Origin: Octopus vulgaris
Lineage: Eukaryota
Reading direction: 5' to 3'
DNA length: 64,000 nt
Assembly (NCBI GenBank): GCA_951406725.2
Contig: OX597826.1
Location: forward strand, 54,312,001 to 54,376,000
Positions 53,689 through 64,000 of the stretch are shown in pieces (positions within the stretch are counted from its first letter, which is position 1; each line of letters opens with the position of its first letter). The position numbers were made by a program, and so were the translations under genes. A model generated the notes under the pieces. It was not told the origin of the DNA. It saw only the letters and a list, made by a program, of their open reading frames with translations, and made no database searches.

Positions 53689-54950
53689 TTGCCACCCCAA
53701 ACACATAAAAATTAATATACTTTATAATCTAGCGAAAAAAATTTGTACCATAGTTTCGGACACCTATACTCGTAAAAGAAGACTCGTTGAACACAGATCA
53801 ATACTAATCAAAATACATTACCCAATATTAATAAGTAATGGCATTAAACGAGCTATGGAAATAGACATACGAACATTAAAGGAAGTCAACCTAAATACTA
53901 AACCAGACTTAAAAATACTCCTGTACATCACACAACCCTAGAAACAACAAAGCTTTCAACATTATCACCCAAAATTTTCCCAGCCTCACAGGAGATAAAA
54001 CAATGAACAAAATTTTAAGCTTATACAAAATTATCAAAAGCAAAATGCAACCTAAATCACTGAAAAAAATATTAACTAGCGAAAGACTATATCCATTAAC
54101 AACAGAACCCAAAGTGAAAAAATGTGGTCGACCTACCTGTCATGACCCCACCTTTTGGAGGGTTCAGAATTCCACTTCAAACAAGGTGAAATATTTAAGA
54201 TCAAATCAAATTTCGCCTGTGCCTCGGAAAATCTAATCTATGCCATTACGTGCTTTGGGTGTGGTAATAATTATATTGGCCAAACAGGAATATCACTCCA
54301 TCGAAGAACCAATTTCCACAAAGAACAAATCCGCCACCCACAATACAGATAGATACAGGTTAGTGAAAACATAGAAAGGTGTGCTAGGAATCTTAATCTT
54401 AATTTCCTAATTTTCTCCTTCTATCAAAGTTCATATAACACCTCAGTACAACAAAGAATAAATAAAGAGGCAACTTTCATCAATAAATATCTTCCCCAAA
54501 CTAATATGAACATATAACATAATACAGAACACTACTAATCTTTCAATTAATACCACTAACCCCATACATCCAATACACTATTCACATTACAGATCTATAT
54601 CTAACCTTATTGCACCAAATCCACAACTACTTACCTTCCTTACACATAATCTTTTTATACAGGGACTAGTAGACCTGACACCTTTCATTAATCGGTGTGC
54701 ATTCAAAGCAATGATTAGTAAATTTACGAAACCGGTATGCTTTTAAATCTCTTTAACAATTCACATTAATGACTTTTATTACTTTGATTCCTACCTCAGT
54801 TCATCTATTTGTATATATCTATCGTTACTTTTCATTAAAAGCCTTTGCTTCTTTTGATTTCCAATGTGCATTTTCGCTTATTTTTCTTCATACTTTCCTC
54901 TTATATTTCAACGTGTGGTTTCGAATTTCTTTTTGTAACATATGTCTATT
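53689..54950 (+). mobile_element. 5'-truncated Penelope-like element (RT thumb + GIY-YIG + 3' region), decayed
   Basis: CHPKHIKINILYNLAKKICTIVSD...RL; KCGRPTC; FACASENLIYAITCFGCGNNYIGQTGISLHRRTNFHKEQIRHP. Confidence 0.92.
54705..54743 (+). ncRNA. Minimal type-I hammerhead ribozyme motif, A3-U8 core variant, in the PLE 3' region
   Basis: AAAGCA-ATGATTA-GTAAATTTAC-GAAA-CCG-GTA-TGCTTT: 6-bp stem I, stem II GTA(A)/(T)TAC, palindromic ACCGGT, GUA cleavage triplet; sense to the PLE ORF. Confidence 0.72.
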
Positions 54951-55385
54951 ATATATATATATTTATTAAAATTTCATTCTTTTGGGTAAAGAGTATTTAG
55001 TGGGGTTGAATGAATACATAAACCTCTTTGTTGTCTTTTGATCACAAAATCTCCCACAAATCGCATGTTACTGATTAAAAATTTACGATGGAAGCATTCA
55101 GTAATGAAGTCCAGATACGACATTCCTGTACACATGCTGAGATGATCATAGTTGGAAAAACTTTGAAATTAGACATACTCAATTAGGTAAAAGCAGGAGT
55201 TAAACTAAATACTAACAAAATACTTCTGCTTCAAGATTTTAACCACGGTGGAACTGATGAAACCTTACAGTGTCGAAACTTCAATTATTCTCTTATTAAA
55301 ACTGTAGTTTCTCTCATATTGTTACGATTGTTGAAAAGCAAATCTGAAAATTTGATTTTCTAAAATGATTTAATTAATATGTTTT

Positions 55386-55690
55386 TGCGCATGGCCTAGT
55401 GGTTAAGCATGGTAAACTCATGTTCATAAGATTGTGGGTTCGATTCCTGAATCGAACGACACGCGTTGTATCCTTGAGCAAGGCACATCGTATTCCTTTT
55501 TCCCATCGTATTACTCTCCTCAAAATAAATATCAACCTAACGCTGATGCACCTCTTTCTATCCAAATTTTCCACTGGTTGAGGGATGAGAAAACCAAGAG
55601 CATGTTTATGTTTGCTCGGGTTGTGCTTTGTCCCTGAACAAGACACTTCATTTAACGTAGTTCCAGTCTACGCTGCTGAAAACGGATAAC
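55386..55690 (+). mobile_element. SINE group B (copy B4), interrupted
   Basis: GCGCATGGCCTAGTGGTTAAG..GGGTTCGATTCC..TCCTTGAGCAAGGCAC; core resumes at ~55628. Confidence 0.7.
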
Positions 55691-56372
55691 AACCGAGTAC
55701 TGTTTCAGGTTTCGGCACAATGCCAGTAATTTCTAGGTGCAAATTGATTACATCGACTCCAGAGATCAACTGGTATTTGTTTTATCGAACTCAAAGGTGA
55801 CGTCAGCGGAATTTGAAATTAGGACGTAAAAACGAAATGCCGCTAAGCAATTTAATCAACGTCTTAATAATTCTCCCAGAATGCCGCCTTGCTACTGTGA
55901 TTTAACGTCGTATATTTACAGTGTTGTAATGAAGATGTCAAAACAATGAACTTACTGACACGGTGTAATATATGTGTGTGATACTGTGTAATGTACTCAA
56001 CACAGCAATGTGAAGTAGATGGTGTGTGTAACAAACTTAGTATAATGCATAGGGTAATACTGTGTGTGACAATGAGTAGTTCTTAACATAGTAGCGTATA
56101 CTAGATAATACTGTGTAACATAGTTAACGATATAGTATGCAGCAGACGGCAGTATATATATATATATGTATATCTTGATGTAATATGTAGTAGGCGATAC
56201 AGTTAGCATATACACGCGCACGCACACATTCACATACATATATACATACATGCGTATGTATATACCCACATATACATATATTTATATACTATACATCTAT
56301 ATATCTACATATATCTATTTATCACACACACACATACAGACATATATATTCATATTTGTATGTATGTATATA

Positions 56373-56412
<40 letters not shown>

Positions 56413-56624
56413 ATATGTAAGTATGTTTATGTATATATATATATATATATACAAACATAAATACATATCCATAAACATATACAATATATACATATGAATG
56501 TATGTATATGTATATATATGTATATATGAATATATATATATATGAATATATATACATATATATATGTACATATAGATTCATGTATACAAACATATACATA
56601 TATATATATATACATATACATGCA

Positions 56625-56659
<35 letters not shown>

Positions 56660-57238
56660 TATATATTTATGGATATGTATTTATGTTTACATACATGCAT
56701 ACACACACACACATATATATACATGCATACACACACAGACACATACACACACACACACACACATATATATGATAAACAATGTAATGTGTAGCAAATGACA
56801 AAATAATGTTGAATAATTGAAATGGTATGCTATGTTGCAAGATGACAATAGAATTGAAGAAGATGAAGAAGAAGAAGAAAAACAAAAAGGAAACAGCAAA
56901 AATACAAAAAAGAAAATAAGAAGGAAAATAAGATAGAAACCGGAGGAGAAATGTAATTCAATTCCAGACAAGATAATGGTGTTTTAAGTGGAGACACGGC
57001 AACAGTAACTTGTTAGATGAAGATTGAAATAGAAGAATGATGAGGAGGTAAGATAGAAGACAAAATTACTGTGGAGAAGATGAAGAAAGACTGAGAAAAA
57101 ATAGAAAAAAAAACAAACGCCAAAGATGGATAAGAAAAGAGGAGGAGGTTGAGGATGAGGAGGAAGTGAAGGAAGTAGGAGGTGGAAGGGAAAAGATAGA
57201 TGTCAGAATTAAAACACAGAGAAGCTGAAAGGTTATGA

Positions 57239-57530
<292 letters not shown>

Positions 57531-57531
57531 A

Positions 57532-57640
57532 TGTGCCTGGTGTACCTTTATCAGACGGGTAGTCATGATGGGTATATTGGGCTTCGTATATTTTACCCCA
57601 GTGTCGCTTTGATGGCATGCACTGCTCTCTCACTCAATAA
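57532..57640 (+). mobile_element. 3'-terminal fragment of the R4/Dong family seen at 8395-9482, inside (AAT)n
   Basis: TGGTGTACCTTTATCAGACGGGTAGTCATG...TCTCTCACTCAATAAT matches ~9375-9483. Confidence 0.85.
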
Positions 57641-57649
57641 TAATAATAA

Positions 57650-58192
57650 TTATCCTTTTTCCTAGAAGTACAAGGACTGAAATTTGAGGAAAGGGATTTG
57701 ATGAATGGTAAAGTCAGCACTGGCGGAATTTGAACTCGGACAATAATAATAATAATAATAATAATAACAATAATAGGGCTGACATCTTATGGAGAGGAGT
57801 AAGTTGATTTCATTGAGCCCAGTACGCAGCTGGTACTTATTTTATTGACGCCGAAAGGATGAAAGGCAGTATCACCCTCTGCGGCATTTGAACTCAAAAC
57901 GTAAAGACGGGCGAAATGCAGCTAAGCCTTTGGTCCGGCATGCTAACGATTCTGACAGCTCGCTGCCTTAATAATCCTTTCTAACATATGCACAAGGCCT
58001 GAAACTTTGGGGGGAAAGGGGCTAGTTGATTACATCGACCCCAGTGCGTATCTGGTACATATATCATCGACCCCGAAAGAATGAAAGACAAAGTCGACCT
58101 CGGCGGAATTTGAACTCAGACTGTAAAGATGGGCGAAATGCCGCTAAACATTTTACCCTGCGTGCTAACGATTCTGCTGCCAGTTCGCCGCC

Positions 58193-58195
<3 letters not shown>
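57650..58195 (-). mobile_element. Cluster of short-tail SINE group A copies among (AAT)n
   Basis: Group A motifs at 57790-57970 and 57975-58195, each head abutting TAATAAT. Confidence 0.82.
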
Positions 58196-58256
<61 letters not shown>

Positions 58257-58329
58257 TAATAATAATAATAATAATGATAATAATAATAATAATAATAATA
58301 ATAATATTAATAATAATAATAATAATAAT

Positions 58330-58405
<76 letters not shown>

Positions 58406-58497
58406 GTACGGTTATCTGCCCTAGGTGTCAAGAAGACACTCGGCAAGAATTGGAAACAGAATTGAAAAAAGATGCTAATGAAAGTAATGATAATAAT

Positions 58498-58581
<84 letters not shown>

Positions 58582-58606
58582 GATGATAATAATAATAATA
58601 ATAATA

Positions 58607-58679
<73 letters not shown>

Positions 58680-58682
58680 TAA
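58195..58682. repeat. (AAT)n/(AAC)n field with a short unique insert
   Basis: Direct reading; source of the poly-N ORF. Confidence 0.93.
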
Positions 58683-59347
58683 TATATTATACATATAAAT
58701 GTACATACACACACCGTATATTTGTATACATACTTACTAACTAACCTCCCGCGAATACACAGTCATATGTTACGACTTCCTATTGACATTATAGAAAATA
58801 TAGCGCCAACATAGATGACAAAAGGAAAGAGAGACTTGATACTGAAAGACAAAGCAAAGAGAAGAGAAATCAGTAATTATAGATCTATAGCATGCTTGCC
58901 ATTATTCTTGATATTATTAATAGGCTTCATAGCAGATGAAATATATAACTTTCTGGTGATGGAGAATATTTTGGCAGATGAGCAAAAGGGATGCAATATT
59001 TACTCAAGGAAAACTTCAGTGTTGGATACTAAATTAGGTACGTGTAAGAAAGGATTTGGTTGTTGGATAGACAGATTACAAGAAGGCTTGTGACACTGTT
59101 CCACATTGCTGGCTCTTGGAATGCCTGAAGACGAGCGGAGTCAGTGAGAAAATAAATAGCCTTAAAGAAAAAAAGAGAGAGAAAATGAGTGAAAGTGGGC
59201 CAACGTGTGCAAATGAATTGTTAGGAAACGTGAAAATACACAAGGGAATATTTCTGGGGTGAGTCGCTCTCCCTATTACTCTTTGTCCGTGCGTTAATCC
59301 TTCTGTCAAGTGTACTGAGAAATTCCAGTCCTGCCTATGTGTATATT

Positions 59348-59641
59348 TGGAAGCACTCCGTCGGTTACGACGACGAGGGTTCCGGTTGATCTGAATCAAC
59401 GGAACAGCCTGCTCGTGAAATTAACGTGTAAGTGGCTGAGCACTCCACAGACACGTGTACCCTTAACGTAGTTCTCGGGGATATTCAGCGTGACACAGAG
59501 AGTGACAAGGCCGGCCCTTTGAAATACAGGTACAACAGAAACAGGAAGTAAGAGTGAGAGAAAGTTGTGGTGAAAGAGTACAGCAGGGATCACCACCATC
59601 CCCTGCCGGAGCCTCGTGGAGCTTTAGGTGTTTTCGCTCAA
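59348..59641 (-). mobile_element. SINE group C (copy C6), 5'-truncated, perfect 12-bp TSD
   Basis: TSD TATGTGTATATT at 59336-59347 and 59642-59653; near-identical to C3. Confidence 0.93.
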
Positions 59642-59802
59642 TATGTGTATATTAAAACCAAGGTGAAAATAAAACATCTGTTTTATTAAGATGACTTCAA
59701 ACTATATACACAAAGTGAAAAACACCTGGATTCGCCAATACAAACCTAAGAGAATTCAGCAAGGATATTGGAATGCATCTTGTAGTGTTGAGCATGAAGT
59801 GT

Positions 59803-59985
59803 TAAGTGCGTGGCTTAGTGGTTAAGGCATTCAGCTCACGATCGTAAGGTCGTGAGATCAATTCCCGGCGACGCGTTGTGTCCTTGAGCAAGACACTTTA
59901 TTTTATGTTACTCCAGTCCACTCAGCTGGCAAATATGAGTAGTACCTGTATTTCAAAAAAGGGCCAGCCTTGTCATATTGTGACT
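59803..59985 (+). mobile_element. SINE group B (copy B5) carrying the C3/C6-type 3' module
   Basis: B head and core TGTGTCCTTGAGCAAGACACTT, then GTACCTGTATTTCAAA..GGGCCAGCCTTGTCA. Confidence 0.82.
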
Positions 59986-60847
59986 ATTTCGAAGGAGATT
60001 ATATTAAAACTTAGGTAAATGAATTATTTTTTATTAAAGATAACTAGTCCGAGAACCTTTTGATACCACTTGTGATGTTGGGGTTGAAAAGTTATGTGGA
60101 GCGGAATGAAGAAAGAATACTATCGGAGACTAGAACTGTCCAAAATGTTATTGAAACAGTAGGAGAATTCAAGATCAGAAAAACGGACAATAGACCAAGT
60201 AGGTGGAAAGAAATGGAATTACATGGCTAATTCCTGCAACGCACCCATGATGTTGACAGTAAAGAACGCTAGATATGGCTCACAAAGGAAAACCCGAAAA
60301 GAAAGATTGAAGCGTTAATTATAGCAGCACATGAAGAAGCCATTAGGACGAATCTTAAAGACACAGATCGACAAAGCTCAACCAGGGAGCAATGTAGAAT
60401 CTGAAGGAGAGAAGACGAAAATATTACCCATCTCTTGAGTGAATGGAATCACCTAGCACAAAATGAGTATGAGGGCAGGCATGACTGTAACTGTAAGTGA
60501 AAGAATGCTTTGGGATGTTAGCCGAATGTGTGGCTTCAGAAAACAGAAATGTGATAGGAATAAGAACCAGAGGTTGTGAAAGAGAATAAGAATCACAGGA
60601 TTTCATGGGACTTCCCAAATAAAGTCTGGTCATACTATTGAAGCAAGAAGATGATTATAGAACATCATTATAGAGGACAATAGAAAAAATGGTGTAAGTG
60701 CATAGACTTTGCAATACCATAGTATACCATATTATAACATAGAGAATACCTAAGAAATAGAAAAAGATCGAAAAAATATCAGAACCTAACTAGAGAGATG
60801 AAGAGAATGTGGAGGAATTTCCTTGGTGATTTGTGCATTTGGCACAA

Positions 60848-61120
60848 CGGCCAAACTGCTAAGCTACAGGGACGTAAACACACCTAGACCGGTTGTCAAG
60901 TGGTGGTGAGGGATAAAGAGAGACACAAACACTCACATACATATGTATACACAAGACGGGCTTCTCTCAGGTTTCCATCAATCAAATTCACTAACAAGGC
61001 TTTGGACAGCCCGAGGCTATAATAGAAGACGCTCGTCGAAGGTGCCAAGCAGTGGGACTGAACTCGGAACCTTGTGATTGGGAAGCAAACTTTTTAATCA
61101 CACAGTCACGCTTGCACCTA
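60848..61120 (-). mobile_element. SINE group D (partial)
   Basis: GGGACGTAAACAC..CCGGTTGTCAAG..GACGGGCTTCT..CAGTGGGACTGAAC motifs. Confidence 0.78.
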
Positions 61121-61126
61121 TGCATA

Positions 61127-61184
<58 letters not shown>

Positions 61185-62234
61185 CATTAATTACATACAT
61201 ACATGCGCACATTTCTTTTATATACAGATATAATATATATATATATACACATAATTACATACATGCATTTATTTTATATATATGTATATATACTACACAT
61301 TATTTTGTTAAGGTCTACATAGGAAAAATATAAGATTAACCTAAACTGGTTAATTTAACTCCAAATAAAAACATGTTTCATATGTTAAACATTTTTATTT
61401 AATTTCCTACGCATAAAGTTATTCTCCAATATATTTTTGAGGTCCTATAGACAAAACGTCAATATTATGTAAAAAAAACAACAAAATGTGTAAATTCGTC
61501 AGGAAAAACATATCTTCACACAAGATAACATTTTTTATATATATTTATTTTATGTTATTTATTGGTTTATTTTTTCTTCTTCTTTTCTTGGTGTCATCAA
61601 TCAGGTGCGAAAAAAGTCTTCTGATAAATTGCATTTTTATATTTGAAGATTTTTCAACTAAACTTTAAGATTACCTGAAAATTATTTCATTAAACTATCT
61701 TAGAGAAAAAAAAAAGAAAAAACATTTTTCCGTATGAAAAACGTAGTTTTAAATTCTGCCAAGAAAAACTATTACAAAAAAAAAAAAAAAAAGAGAATAT
61801 TTTTATTTTTTGAATAATTAAGATGCGAAAAACTTTTCTGATAACAATTTTATTATATGTTTACTAGTCAAAACTTTGGGGTTACCTCAAAATTCTCTAT
61901 TTATTTATAACAAGACATAATTTCTCATACGATAACGTATTTTCTATTCAAATCAAATTATTAATTTAATTTATTCTCATTGTATTTTTATAAGAACAAT
62001 GAAAAATAGATTTATTCAGGTGCAAAAGAGTAAGACATCTTGTTCCTATTTTAGGTTTTTGCAGATGAAAGTTAAGCTTAAATTACAACGTTGCAAAGTA
62101 TATTAAAAGGCATTTTATCAGTGATAGTTGATTAATAAATTAATCAATATATTTAATTTAATTCCTCTTATCTAAGATTCTTGGATTATTGAGGGACAAG
62201 GGTGGGGGGAAATGCAGCTGTCACTAGTGAGAAA

Positions 62235-63040
62235 TAATGTCGTGGCAGTAGTGATGATGGTAATGATGGTGGTGGTGGTGGTGGTGGTGGTGATGGTGGT
62301 GGTGGTATCTTGGCGGAGGTGGTGTAGGGTGAGGGCGGTGTGTTGATAGAGATGGTGTAAACCAGTGGAGGCGGGGGTGAGATGGGGAGTTCGGTGTTGC
62401 TGGTGTAGGTCAATGGTGGTGAGTGGGATGGTAATGATGGCGAAGACCAAAGGGAAGAAAGAGTAGTGGTATTAGTAGTGGTAGTGGTAGCGATGGAGGT
62501 CTGGTGATATCTGTGTTAGCTGTAGTAGTAGTAGTAGTAGTAGTCGATGTCGTTGTCGTTATAGTAGTATCAGAAATAAGGATGGCAGCGGTGATGGTGG
62601 TGGTGGCGATGGTAAGGTGGTTTCGGGGCTGATAATAGTAGTGGTATTACTATTGTTGGTATTATTAATGATGGTGGCGGCGACGGTGTTGGTGAAGGTT
62701 GTGGCGGTATGGTGATATTTGTGCTGATGGTAGTGGTAGTGGTAGTAATGAAAAAGGTGGTGATGCTGTTGGTTGTGTTGGCTACGGTGGTTTGATTATG
62801 CTGGTGACAGTAGTAGTAGTAGCAGTAGCAGTAGTAGCAGCAGTGGTATTAGTAGTAGTAGTAGTAATAGTAGCAACAGCAGTATTAGTAGTAGTAGTGG
62901 CTGCCGTAGTAGTGTTAGTAGTAGTAGAGGTAATAGTAGTAAGTAGTAGTAATAGAAGTAGTATTATTAAGTAGTAGTTGTAAAAGAAGCAGTAGTAGTA
63001 GTAGTAGTAGTCGTAGTAGTAATTATAGTAGTAGTAGTTG
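62235..63040. repeat. Degenerate (GGT)n/(GTA)n low-complexity region
   Basis: Direct reading. Confidence 0.85.
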
Positions 63041-63328
63041 GTCAGTAGCAAAGAAGAGTAGAAGGCCTCCAGTGGATTTGATCCTACGGAGGTCGTATTG
63101 GTGCTCATTGAGGAGAGAATAAAATTCAAAATGGTTGAAGGTTGTTTTTGATAATGATTGTCCCCAGTTACCTTTGAAATACTGGCAATACAATGGGACA
63201 ATTGTTAGCAGCGCCTGAGATGGTGATGGAGTTATGGGCTGGTCTTCTTGGGAATATTATACATTATATACATGACCACCGGGGTATATCTCTGTAGAGA
63301 GGGAAGGATAGCGAGCGTTATGTGTATG

Positions 63329-63949
63329 CAGAGCGGGATTAAGACTTATAGGGGCCCTAAGCATTTTCGAGGGGCTGCTGAAAAGTTCCTGGAGGATCAG
63401 TTAATTATGATGTTATTCATCATATTCCCCTCTTAAATTCGCACACTTATTGCAGCACTTGTTCAGTTTTTCTAAGCCCTTAAAAAAAAAAAAAAAGATC
63501 TCGGAAGGTTGGGCCTCCAGCCTGACCCTTTGCGGTCCCTTTAAAGTCAAGAACTTTTCAGTACCTCCTCGTAAAAAAATTTGGTGCCCGCCATATATAT
63601 GTAATTCAAAATATAAACAATAATAATTCATAAAATAGATTTATACTTTTCAAAATGAAATAAAATTGAGAAAGATGGAAAGTAATGTTTATTTTTGTAT
63701 ATTTTCACCTTATTTATATTTGAACAAATTTCTTCTGCTTTTTTTTAAATTACAAAGTCTTTGATCAGATTCTCAAAATTAGTCTTCCGTAACACATCTA
63801 CTTAGTAGAGATAAGGCACCTCCAAAATTATTTTAACAAGTGATTTCTTTTGTACCGTAAACCATTTACCATTTCTATGGTACTACACCTGCATCTCCTT
63901 TGATGCCCTAAGCACATGCTTATTTTGCTTAATGCGTAATCCAGCGCTG
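63329..63949. mobile_element. Non-autonomous hAT-type element (MITE)
   Basis: TIRs CAGAGCGGGATTA / TAATCCAGCGCTG; 8-bp flanking duplication TGTGTATG / TGTGTTTG (7 of 8 match); internal GCCCTAAGCA motifs near both ends. Confidence 0.75.
63368..63571 (-). mobile_element. Mariner-derived MITE nested in the hAT element
   Basis: TIRs CGAGGGGCTGCTGAAAAGTTC / GAACTTTTCAGTACCTCCTCG-TA; minus strand encodes EKLNKCCNKCANLRGEYDE* (mariner C-terminus pattern). Confidence 0.8.
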
Positions 63950-64000
63950 TGTGTTTGGTTATACGAATGTCGAACGGTACGTGCAGTTTCGCTCATTTAC

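Larger units (their letters stand above)
58800..60848 (+). mobile_element. Decayed R4/Dong-clade LINE (RT + Zn knuckle + RLE) interrupted by two SINEs
   Basis: NYRSIACLP...EQKGC; KKA.DTVPHCWLLECL; KGIF.G.SLS.LLF; HLFY.DDFKLY; WKEMELHG; EALIIAAHEEAIRTN; CRI..ENITHLLS..LAQNEYEGRHD; IDFAIP; EKYQNL.REMKRMW. Confidence 0.9.

Overview
AT-rich eukaryotic DNA with very dense microsatellites and repeats. It is most likely an octopus or other coleoid cephalopod (inferred from the tRNA-derived SINE families and the (TA)n/(TACA)n/(TATC)n/(AAT)n density). I cannot support any intact host protein-coding exon. The ORF track is almost entirely microsatellite artefact or pieces of decayed transposon ORFs, so the window looks intronic or intergenic. 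It holds four tRNA-headed SINE groups (my labels A-D) and fragments of R4/Dong, CR1/L2-group, Tx1/L1 and probable RTE LINEs. It also holds three Penelope-like (GIY-YIG) remnants, mariner, hAT and Gypsy-integrase fragments, a non-autonomous Helitron, a Helentron-type element and MITEs. Four observations stand out. (1) Minimal type-I hammerhead ribozyme motifs in which the core C3-G8 pair is replaced by compensatory A3-U8 (two separate copies) or U3-A8; one lies in a Penelope 3' region. (2) A combinatorial SINE system in which two different heads share a pool of exchangeable 3' modules. (3) A SINE that repeatedly inserts into its own tRNA-like head at one position. (4) Two SINE/LINE 3'-tail partnerships visible inside this window. 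All calls were made by eye and boundaries are approximate.
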